DNA of 64,000 bases from assembly GCA_963703225.1 (NCBI GenBank), contig OY969801.1, positions 2,304,001-2,368,000 on the forward strand. The letters run 5' to 3'. This document shows, one piece after another, positions 56,128 through 64,000 of this stretch (the stretch's first letter is position 1; each line of letters starts with the position of its first letter). The notes below the pieces were generated by a model. It was not told where the DNA came from, searched no databases, and saw only the letters and a program-made list of their open reading frames with translations. Origin of the DNA: Candidatus Eiseniibacteriota bacterium. GTDB lineage: Bacteria; Eisenbacteria; RBG-16-71-46; SZUA-252. Made by a program: the position numbers and the translations under genes.

Positions 56128-57421
56128 TCAGGAGGGGCCGGATTCGTGCAGAGGCGGAACGGGCAGAGCCACGGCCACCGCGGTTCCCCGGCCGGGCGCA
56201 GTCTCCAAGACTTGGATACGCCCTCCATGATACTCGTGCACCACACGCCTCGCAAGCGCGAGACCCAGTCCCCACCCTCGGCGCTTGGTCGTATATCCGG
56301 GATCGAACGCGCGGCGGCGCTCTTCCGGCGACATTCCGCGGCCGTTGTCTCGCACGCAGAGCTCCACCAGACGCTCCTCGCGCTTCCAGACCAGGCTGAC
56401 GTCGATGACTCCCTTGGGCTTGTCGATGGCGTCGATCGCGTTCCGGAGCAGATTTTCCACGACCCACTCGAGCAGCTCTCCGTGAAACGCGATCCTCGGG
56501 ATGGCCTCGTAACGCTCGTGAATTTCCACTTCGTGTTCCACATGCGGCAGACGGGTCCGGAAGTAGTCCACCGCCCCGGCCACGACGGCGGTCAGGTCTC
56601 CCTCCTTGAGGGTTGGCCGGGAGCCGACCTGACCAAAGCGCAAGGTCACCTTGTGGAGGCGCGCGAGATCCCGCTCCATCTCCGACGGCGATCTCATCGA
56701 CGCGCTCCCGCTTCAAACCTTCTCCCGCCGTCATCTCGCGAAGCACCGCTGTCCACCCCATGAGCGACGAAAGCGGGGTGCCCAGCTGGTGCGCGGTTTC
56801 CTTGGCCAGCGCGGCCCAGAGCAGCCGCTGCTCCCCGATCAGGAGACTCCGAAGCCCCGCATAGCCGAAGACGAGCAGAATCAGGATCACGAAGAGCTCG
56901 ATGTAGGGCAGCCAGCGCAGCTCGCGCACCAGCTTCGGCTCTCCGTAGTGGACAAAGCCGAGGACACCGGGCTGACCCACGCGGATGATGTTCACCGGTT
57001 TGTTGATCCGGTCGAGCTTCCGCACGATTTCCTGGATCCTCGCCACCTCGGGCGGGAAGGCGCCGGTCATGGCCGCCCGGTCGAGGATGGAATCGGGGAT
57101 CGCGTCCGAGCGAATTCCGATCTCCTTCCACGCGCGGGGGATTCCCTGAACGTCGGTCAGCACGATGGGGAAATTGATGTTCTCCACGGCGTCACGGAAG
57201 ATCGGCCGGATGTACGGATCCTCGGCCGCCTGGAATGTCACGACCGCGAAGAAGCGCGCCAGCACGTCGCAGCGCGCGCGCGTTTCGGCATTCAGCCGGG
57301 TGATGATCGTGTTGGAGTGGACCACGAGGGCCACCATGAGCACGATGACCGCGAGAAAGAGATAGACCTTGTACGAGAGCCTTCGGACGATGCGGAGCGG
57401 CTTCAGTGGGCGCGCGGCCAT
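56128..57421 (-). pseudogene. Membrane sensor histidine kinase with one +1 frameshift at ~56683 (probably a sequencing error)
   Basis: Two TM segments and H-box AKETAHQLGTPLSSL. After removing one G the frame continues EMERDLARL...WVVENLLRNAIDA, DNGRG, FDPGYTTK.RGWGLGL. Confidence 0.88.
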
Positions 57422-57430
57422 GGCGGGTCC

Positions 57431-58708
57431 CTAGGCGGGGACGAGCTCGCGCACCCCATCCATGTACGGGACGAGCGCGTCCGGAATTCGGACGGTCCCC
57501 CGTTCGGTCTGATGGTTTTCGAGAAGCGCGGCGAACGTGCGGGGCAGCGCGAGTCCGGAGCCGTTCAAGGTGTGCACGAACTCGGGTTTCCCTCCCCGCT
57601 CGGCCCGGAATCGGATGCCGGCGCGGCGGGCCTGGAAATCCTCGAAGTTGCTGCACGAGGAGACCTCCAGCCATCTCGCCTCGCCGGGCGCCCAGACCTC
57701 GAGGTCGTAGCACTTGGCGTTGGCGAAGCTCAGATCTCCGGCCGCGAGCAAGAGGACGCGATACGGAAGCTCGAGCGCGGCCAGGACCGCCTCGGCGTCC
57801 TTCCTGATCCGCTCCAGCTCGTCATACGACGTCTCGGGTCTCACGAACTTCACGATCTCGACTTTGTCAAACTGGTGGACGCGGATCATCCCGCGGGTAT
57901 CTCGACCCGCGGCGCCGGCCTCGCGGCGGTAGCTGGCGCAATAGCCGGTATGGCAGATGGGGAGGCGCTCCCCGTCGAGAATTTCGTCGCGATACATGTT
58001 GGTGATCGGAACCTCGGCGGTCGGATTCAGGTAGAGGTCCTCGTCCTTGAGCCGGTACATCTCCTCCTCCAGCTTGGGGAGCTGCCCGGTACCGACCAAG
58101 CACTCGCGCCGGATGACATGGGGCGGCGAGACTTCCTGGTAGCCGTGCTTCCGGGTGTGGAGGTCAAGCATGAACTGGATCAGCGCGCGCTCGAGCCGCG
58201 CCCCGGCCCCTGTGAAGAGAAGGAAGCCGCTCCCCGCGATCTTGACGCCGCGCTCAAAATCGAGGAGACGGAGCGACTCCGCGAGCTCCCAATGCGGCTT
58301 GGCGGGAAAGCCGAGCCGGCGCGGCTCTCCGACCGTGGCCACCACCACGTTTCCGGTGGCGTCGGCGGCGCGGGGCACGGACTCATGGGGAATGTTGGGA
58401 ACCCAGGAGAGGATCTGGTCCATCTCGGCTTCGACGCCCGCGATCTGAAGGTCGAGCAACTTGATCTCGTCGCCCACCCGCTTCATGGCCTGGACGGCGG
58501 CCGCGGCGTCCTCGCCGCGCTTCTTCCGCCGGCCGATCTCCTCCGAAGCTTCGTTTCGCTCGTGCTTCAGCGATTCGGTCTTTCCGAGGAGGGCCCGGCG
58601 CTGCTCGTCGAGAGCGAGGAGGCGGTCGAGATCGGCGGGGCTCTTCTTGAACGCGATCGCTTCTCGGACGCGGGCGGTCTCGGCCCGGATTCTCTTTAGA
58701 TCCAGCAT
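57431..58708 (-). CDS. serS: Serine--tRNA ligase
   Basis: N-terminal coiled arm, GTGQLPK, PTAEVP, YRREAG, IRVHQF.KVE, YDLEVW, EVSSCSN..DFQARR and HTLNGSGLA. Confidence 0.97.
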   Translation of the reverse strand: MLDLKRIRAETARVREAIAFKKSPADLDRLLALDEQRRALLGKTESLKHERNEASEEIGRRKKRGEDAAAAVQAMKRVGDEIKLLDLQIAGVEAEMDQILSWVPNIPHESVPRAADATGNVVVATVGEPRRLGFPAKPHWELAESLRLLDFERGVKIAGSGFLLFTGAGARLERALIQFMLDLHTRKHGYQEVSPPHVIRRECLVGTGQLPKLEEEMYRLKDEDLYLNPTAEVPITNMYRDEILDGERLPICHTGYCASYRREAGAAGRDTRGMIRVHQFDKVEIVKFVRPETSYDELERIRKDAEAVLAALELPYRVLLLAAGDLSFANAKCYDLEVWAPGEARWLEVSSCSNFEDFQARRAGIRFRAERGGKPEFVHTLNGSGLALPRTFAALLENHQTERGTVRIPDALVPYMDGVRELVPA

Positions 58709-58712
58709 CGTC

Positions 58713-59630
58713 TCAGCGCCCCGGCGGCGCGGCGCCCGCGAGAACCCTTCGCGCCCCTTCCAGAAGAAGCCGTTGGGCCAAGCGGGAGCCGATCCCCTCT
58801 TCGTCGCCTACCTTCCCCTCCTCGACGTCCCGGACATGTCTCCGGCCCTCTCGATCGACGACAATCCCCTCGAGGCGGATGCTCGTGCCGTCGATGGACG
58901 CGAGCGCGCCGACCGCCATTGTTGGGTCGGCCTTCAATTCCCGCACGAACGCGCGCTCGGCCTCGATCTCGGAGCGCGCGATGGGGTGGTCGAGGTGTTT
59001 GGCCATCCGGAGCAGCTCCTTCGAGCCCTCCTTCACTTGAACCACGCAGGTTCCCTGCCCGGCCGCGGGGACCAACACCTCGGTCGTGAAGATTTCGGTC
59101 ACCCGATCTTGAAATCCCAAGTGCTCGACCGCGGCCGCGGAGACGATGAGCCCGTCCACCTCCTCGGAATCGAGCATCCGGATCCGCTCGTCCAGGCTAC
59201 CCGGGAGGTCGACCAGCCTCAGGTCGTCCCTGTAGCGAAGCAGCTGCGCGCGTCGAAGCGGGGCGTGGGCGCTGATCGACGCGCCCTCGGGAAGGTCGTC
59301 CATGATCGTCTCGTCCCGCGCGATGAGTACGTCGAACGGGGTGAAGCGCTCGGTGACCGCCGCCAGTACGACGCCGGGCTCGGTCTCGGGCGAGAGATCC
59401 TTGGCGTCCTGGGCGGCGAGATCGATTTCGGCCCTGAGTAGGGCGCGCTCGAGAAGGACACCCGGCCAAACGGTGCTCCGCCCCGTGCCGTGATCGGCTG
59501 CAGGCTCCATGGGGACCATCTGGATGGGGGTCGCGCCCATGAACGGGTGAAGCTGCTCGACGATTTGCTCGGCGAGCGTTCGCCCGAGCTTACTCGCGAG
59601 GAAACCGAGGCGCAAAGGAGCGTGGCTCAT
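58713..59630 (-). CDS. Hydroxymethylbilane synthase (HemC)-like protein, apparently catalytically degenerate
   Basis: LERALL...IDLA...KDL, LPEGA...LRRAQL..YR.DL, PAAGQG and AERAF..EL. The cofactor-binding GGC motif is replaced by ADP. Confidence 0.8.
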   Translation of the reverse strand: MSHAPLRLGFLASKLGRTLAEQIVEQLHPFMGATPIQMVPMEPAADHGTGRSTVWPGVLLERALLRAEIDLAAQDAKDLSPETEPGVVLAAVTERFTPFDVLIARDETIMDDLPEGASISAHAPLRRAQLLRYRDDLRLVDLPGSLDERIRMLDSEEVDGLIVSAAAVEHLGFQDRVTEIFTTEVLVPAAGQGTCVVQVKEGSKELLRMAKHLDHPIARSEIEAERAFVRELKADPTMAVGALASIDGTSIRLEGIVVDREGRRHVRDVEEGKVGDEEGIGSRLAQRLLLEGARRVLAGAAPPGR

Positions 59631-59654
59631 GAGGGCACCGACGCTAGCACAGGC

Positions 59655-60821
59655 TCACGCTTCCCGCAGCGACTCGATGATCGGCATGCCCGCGGCTTTG
59701 CGCGCGGGGAAAAAGCCTCCCACAAGCCCCATGAGCGCCGAAAAGGCAAGGCCCAGGAGCAGCATGCCCGGCGTGACCTGAAACCGGAAGGCCAGCTCGC
59801 TGAAGGTGGCGAAGCTCATCGTGCCGGTGGTGAAGGTCCGCACCGGGAGGGCGAAGAGGCAGCCGATCAAGCCGCCGAGTAGGCTTAGGAGGACCGACTC
59901 GGCGAGGAAGGAGACGAGGATCGCACCGCGGGAGAAGCCGATGGCGAGGAGGGTGCCGATTTCCTTGGTTCGAGCGCCGACGGCCGCGTACATCGTGTTG
60001 AGCGCGCCGAAGACCGCACCCAAGGCCATGATCGAGGTGACAAAAAGGCCCAGCGCGCGAAGCATCGACGCGAGGAGGCCCGACTGCTTGGAGTAGAAAA
60101 TGTCCTCCCGCTCCACCTCCACGCTCATCCGAGGATCGGACTCCAAGCGCTGCTTCAACGGCTTCAGATAGCTGGGCTCGCGCAGACGAAGGGTCACGCT
60201 CTGGAAGACCGGGCGGTCGAAAACCGGCATGAAGAGCTCGACGTCGCCCCAGATCTCCGAGTCGTAGGCCCTGCCTCCGGAGTCCAAAATCCCCACCACG
60301 GTCCAGACACGACCCGCGAGCTTCAGATGATCGCCGACGGAGCAGTTCTGGAATCGATCGGCCACCATCTTTCCCACGACGATCTCGTCGAGCCCGGTCC
60401 GGAACATGCGGCCTTCCAGGAGGCGAATCTGGGGCCTCAACACGAGCGATTTGGGACCCACGCCGCGGACCACCACGTTCGTGGTCGTCCCCGACTTGCG
60501 CGGCAGATTCCAAACCACGATCAGCTCGGAAGCCGCCAGCGGCGTGTCGTCGGGTCCGCGCGCGATCTCCTCCTGGCTCGTCACCGCGGCCGCCGCTTCG
60601 CGCGAGATGATGCTCATCAGCTCGGCCGTGGAGCCCTTTCGGATCACGATCGCGTTGTGGGATGAACCGGTCGTCTGGAGTGCCGCCTGAAATCCTCCCG
60701 CCAATGCCAGGGTGAAGATGAACACCCAAGCGACGAGGGCGATGCCCAGCGCGGTCAGCGCGGTGCTGACACGGCGCGCCGCCAGGTTCTTCCAGTTGTA
60801 CGAGAGTGGGATCAGCGCCAT
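59655..60821 (-). CDS. MacB/FtsX-family ABC transporter permease
   Basis: N-terminal TM segment, periplasmic domain (EGRMF..G..E.VVG), NTMYAAV..RTKEIGTL.AIGF and GGFFPA..AA. Confidence 0.92.
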   Translation of the reverse strand: MALIPLSYNWKNLAARRVSTALTALGIALVAWVFIFTLALAGGFQAALQTTGSSHNAIVIRKGSTAELMSIISREAAAAVTSQEEIARGPDDTPLAASELIVVWNLPRKSGTTTNVVVRGVGPKSLVLRPQIRLLEGRMFRTGLDEIVVGKMVADRFQNCSVGDHLKLAGRVWTVVGILDSGGRAYDSEIWGDVELFMPVFDRPVFQSVTLRLREPSYLKPLKQRLESDPRMSVEVEREDIFYSKQSGLLASMLRALGLFVTSIMALGAVFGALNTMYAAVGARTKEIGTLLAIGFSRGAILVSFLAESVLLSLLGGLIGCLFALPVRTFTTGTMSFATFSELAFRFQVTPGMLLLGLAFSALMGLVGGFFPARKAAGMPIIESLREA

Positions 60822-60822
60822 C

Positions 60823-61971
60823 CTATGCGACCTTTCGCAGAGCGCCCGCGATCTCGAGGCGGGCGGCCCGAATGGCGGGAACGAGCCCGCTCAAGAGGCC
60901 CATCACCAGCGAGAGCAGCATCCCCGCGGCGAGCGTTTCGGGAAGCACCCGGAAGTTGGGGATCATTCCGCCCGCCGTGAAGTTGACCTTTCGAAAGAGC
61001 AGAAACGCGAGCCCGCACCCGAGGATTCCGCCGGCGAGCGAAAGGAGGATTGATTCCGCCGCCACCAACCCCAGGACCAGGCGGTCTCCAAAGCCGAGCG
61101 TCTTCAAGATCGCGATCTCGGTGGTCCGCTCCCGGGCGGCCATCATCATGGTGTTGATCGTCACCAGCATGATGGCGAAGACGATCGCGGAACCCAGGAT
61201 GGTCAGGAGCAGGCTCACGTTCCCCATCATCTGGAGAAACCCCGCTTGAAACGCCTTCTCGGTCTCGGTCTTCGTCGGCTGGGGGCTGTTTTCGTAGATC
61301 TTGTCGATGCGCGCGCTCACGGGCGGCGCGTCCGACGGCGACGCGACCTTGATCCAGTAGATCCCGACCCAGTTCTTGCGCCCCTCCGGCATCGTCTCGT
61401 TCAGGTAGTTCCAGTGAAAGAAGATCACGTTCTCGTCGGCGTCCGGCGTGCTCGCCTTGAAGATCCCGCGAAGGGTCAGCCTCCAATCGCCCGGGTAGAT
61501 GGTCCCCGTGATCGGGATCAAATCTCCCATCTTCCACCCGTATTTGTCGACGAGCGCCTGGCCCGCGATGCAGGCCGTCCGCTCGCTCAGGAACGCCTGA
61601 CGCTGGTCCGCGGAGAGAAGAATCTCCGGGTAGACGTCGAAGAGGGAGACCGGGTCCACGGCGAATTGGGTGAATTGGTTCTTGGGATCTTGAAAGTAGC
61701 CGCCAAACCAATTCCCCCAGCTCACGCGCAGCACGCCCGGCACCTGCTCGAGCCGATCCTTGTAGGCGAGCGGTAATGGAAAGACGAGCGAGGCGGCGTG
61801 GCGCACCACGAGGCGGGTATCGTCCGAGGCGCGGATCCCCGCGTCCAGCGAGGTCATCACCGTCCGGAGCGTGCAGAAGAGGAACAGCGCGATCGCGATC
61901 GATGAGACCGTCAGAAACGTTCGGCGCTTGGAGCGCGCCAGGTGCGAAAGGATCAGCCCGAGATACTTCAC
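60823..61971 (-). CDS. MacB/FtsX-family ABC transporter permease
   Basis: R.KRRT.LT, WFGG.F, NTMMMAARERT.EIA.LK.LGF and G..PA..A. Confidence 0.92.
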   Translation of the reverse strand: MKYLGLILSHLARSKRRTFLTVSSIAIALFLFCTLRTVMTSLDAGIRASDDTRLVVRHAASLVFPLPLAYKDRLEQVPGVLRVSWGNWFGGYFQDPKNQFTQFAVDPVSLFDVYPEILLSADQRQAFLSERTACIAGQALVDKYGWKMGDLIPITGTIYPGDWRLTLRGIFKASTPDADENVIFFHWNYLNETMPEGRKNWVGIYWIKVASPSDAPPVSARIDKIYENSPQPTKTETEKAFQAGFLQMMGNVSLLLTILGSAIVFAIMLVTINTMMMAARERTTEIAILKTLGFGDRLVLGLVAAESILLSLAGGILGCGLAFLLFRKVNFTAGGMIPNFRVLPETLAAGMLLSLVMGLLSGLVPAIRAARLEIAGALRKVA

Positions 61972-62666
61972 GAACGGAGGATCCCCTTCTCCAGATAGAG
62001 CGTCATGTGAGCCCGCTGGGCCGCCTGCGGATCGTGGGTGACCATGAGGATCGTCTTCCCCATTTCCTGGTTCAGCCGTTGGAGCAGGACGAGAATCTCG
62101 TCGGCGTTCTTGGCGTCGAGATCCCCCGTCGGCTCGTCCGCCACGAGGAGCGTAGGGTCGGCGACGATGGCGCGCGCGATCGCCACACGCTGCTCTTCAC
62201 CGCCCGAGAGTTGGCGCGGAATGTGCCCCGCGCGGGCCTCGAGCCCGACCAGCTGGAGCGCCAGGAGCACCCGCTTCTTGCGCTCCGCGGCGGAGAGCCG
62301 CGTGAGCAGGAGCGGGAGCTCGACGTTCCGGAACGCCGTCAGAACCGGGATCAGGTTGTAGAGCTGAAAGATGAATCCGACGTGACGCGCCCGCCACGCC
62401 GCGAGCTTCGACGATTTGAGCGCGCCGAGCGACTCACCCCCCACGCGCACGTCGCCCCGCGTCGGTCGATCGATTCCACCGATCAGGTTGAGAAGGGTCG
62501 ACTTCCCCGAACCGCTGGGGCCCATGAGCGCGAGAAATTCGCCGGGCTTCACTTCCAGGTTGATCCCGGCCAGCACCGGGATCTCGATCTTGTCGCGGTG
62601 GTAGACCTTGTGAACGTCGCGCAGCGAGATGAGGGCGCCGTTCGACTGGGGATTGCCGTTGGACAT
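61968..62666 (-). CDS. ABC transporter ATP-binding protein (LolD/MacB-like)
   Basis: [36 protein letters not shown] and MVTHD. Confidence 0.95.
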   Translation of the reverse strand: MSNGNPQSNGALISLRDVHKVYHRDKIEIPVLAGINLEVKPGEFLALMGPSGSGKSTLLNLIGGIDRPTRGDVRVGGESLGALKSSKLAAWRARHVGFIFQLYNLIPVLTAFRNVELPLLLTRLSAAERKKRVLLALQLVGLEARAGHIPRQLSGGEEQRVAIARAIVADPTLLVADEPTGDLDAKNADEILVLLQRLNQEMGKTILMVTHDPQAAQRAHMTLYLEKGILRS

Positions 62667-62684
62667 TCGAATTCCCTCCGGTCT

Positions 62685-63938
62685 CTATCGGACCCGAACG
62701 CGGGCCCTGTCCTTCAATTCCGCCGGCGCTTCGACGACCACGGCCTCGCCCGCCGCGAGCCCGCCCGACACCGCCACACGGTCGGAGCTGTATGGCCGGG
62801 GCGAGACGCCCCGCTCCACGGCGCGCCCTCCCTCCACGACATAGATCACCGCCCGCCCCTCACGCTCCCGCACCGCGGAGCGCGGAACCAGGACCACGGA
62901 TGAGGGAACCGCCTGCCCGCTGGCGTTACCGGTCGGTTCGGGATCCGCGAGAAACGTCACCTTGGCGCCCATTTCGGGGAGAACTCGTGCATCGAGCGAG
63001 TCGAACGAGACCTTGATCTGCACGGTCGCCTTTTGCCGGTCGGCGGTCGGCACGATCTGCCGCGCGCGCCCCGGATATCGATCGTTGGGGTATGCGTCGA
63101 GAGTGATCTCGGCCCGCATGCCCTCGTGTGCCCGCGCGACGTAGCCCTCGTTGACGTCGACCTCGACCTCGAGGCTCGAGAGGTTGGCCATCGTCGCGAT
63201 GGCGCCCCGGGTCAACCCGCCGCTCGAGGGGATCGGGCTCACGATCTCACCCACTTCGGCCTCCTTCCGCAGCACGGCGCCGGCGAAGGGGGCACGGATG
63301 AACGTCTTCTCGTACGCGATATTCGCGGCCAAGAGTCCGGCACGAGCGCTCTCGATCGCGGCGGCCGCGCTCTCCACGCGCGCCCGCGCGACCGCGTCGC
63401 GGGCCTCCACCTGGTCGAATTCCGCCTGGCTCACCAGACCGCGCGACAGAAGCTCCCGAACGCGGGCGAGGTCGAGCGCGCTCTCGCGCGCCGTCGCCTT
63501 CGCTTCGGTGTTCGCGGCTTCGGCCGCAGCCAGCGCCGCCTTCGCGCTCTCGACGGCGGCCTTCTGATCTTCGTTCCGGAGCACGCCGAGCACCTGCCCC
63601 TTCTGCACGCGGCTCCCCTCGCTCACGTAGAGGGCTTCGAGGCGCCCCGCCACCTCGGTGGAGACCGACGCCCGCTGTCGGGCCACGATGTAGCCGCTCG
63701 CCGTAAGAACCTCGGATGCCCCGACGCCAGGGGACCCGCCGAGCGCCTCGGCTCGAGCGACGGTGACCGTGAGCACCTTGGGGCGGACGATCGGCAAGAC
63801 GAACGCGATGAGGGGGAGGACTACCGCGGCGATCACAAAGGCGATGGTCCACTTCCGCCCAGGGCTGCCGGAGGCGGGGGGCGGTTGTTCGCGGTTGATC
63901 GTCAGGCCGGTCAGATCGGCCGATTCCGTCCGCGTCAC
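62685..63938 (-). CDS. Efflux periplasmic adaptor subunit (MacA/HlyD-like)
   Basis: TM segment, ASGY, V.EG..V.KG lipoyl halves flanking a coiled coil, IRAPFAG, LEVEVDVNE and PTADRQKATV. Confidence 0.92.
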   Translation of the reverse strand: MTRTESADLTGLTINREQPPPASGSPGRKWTIAFVIAAVVLPLIAFVLPIVRPKVLTVTVARAEALGGSPGVGASEVLTASGYIVARQRASVSTEVAGRLEALYVSEGSRVQKGQVLGVLRNEDQKAAVESAKAALAAAEAANTEAKATARESALDLARVRELLSRGLVSQAEFDQVEARDAVARARVESAAAAIESARAGLLAANIAYEKTFIRAPFAGAVLRKEAEVGEIVSPIPSSGGLTRGAIATMANLSSLEVEVDVNEGYVARAHEGMRAEITLDAYPNDRYPGRARQIVPTADRQKATVQIKVSFDSLDARVLPEMGAKVTFLADPEPTGNASGQAVPSSVVLVPRSAVREREGRAVIYVVEGGRAVERGVSPRPYSSDRVAVSGGLAAGEAVVVEAPAELKDRARVRVR

Positions 63939-64000
63939 GCCGTGATGCCCTTCTCCTCCCGGACCTCCCGCACCGCGTCGACCATCACCTTGAGCTTTGC
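63935..64000 (-). CDS. 3' end of an upstream gene; C-terminus resembles cobalamin-independent methionine synthase family
   Basis: AKLKVMVDAVREVREEKGITA-stop, with a GTGA overlap onto the adaptor gene. Only 21 residues are visible. Confidence 0.35.
   Translation of the reverse strand, partial: AKLKVMVDAVREVREEKGITA

Noticed and set aside
57431..58708. serS as evidence for selenocysteine machinery
   Set aside because: SerRS charges tRNA-Sec but is universal. No selA, selB, selC or selD is in this window.

Overview
This is a GC-rich chromosomal window with no tRNA, rRNA, CRISPR array or mobile element that I can see. Nearly all real genes lie on the minus strand, and most + strand ORFs in the track are antisense shadows. 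The gene content (PorX-type regulator next to tsaE, a secreted protein with an FlgD-Ig/T9SS-like tail) suggests an FCB-group organism such as Ca. Eisenbacteria; this is inference. In order, the window holds: a TPR protein; an ECF42 sigma factor with two DGPF/YciI proteins; DoxX, ComM, a HAD hydrolase and panE; a 2528-aa secreted protein with 22 Ig/cadherin-like repeats; a crt-thiolase-hbd-thiolase-leuA-leuB operon; a secreted zinc peptidase; a cobalamin riboswitch with a BtuB-like receptor; yajQ-TPM-nucleotidyltransferase-like-lemA; a small lipoprotein; cystathionine beta-synthase and gamma-lyase; an MSHA/T4aP-like pilus cluster; HU; a long LptD, folC, accD, rimI, tsaB, tsaE, porX, a histidine kinase, serS and a HemC-like gene; and a MacB-type ABC exporter. 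The strongest signal is a gene the ORF track truncates (45108..46445, minus). It is a signal peptide, then a UshA-like metallophosphoesterase fold with an in-frame C-G-TGA followed by a SECIS-like hairpin, fused to a tetraheme c554-type cytochrome. It is a probable exported seleno-multiheme cytochrome with a non-canonical CTG start and a perfect palindrome filling its promoter spacer. Also notable are a DUF2723/TMEM260-like glycosyltransferase between the major and minor pilins, a PilX-like pilin carrying a six-bladed NHL propeller, and a HemC homologue lacking its cofactor cysteine. Three genes (hbd, PilB/GspE ATPase, histidine kinase) each carry a single +1 insertion, most likely sequencing error.
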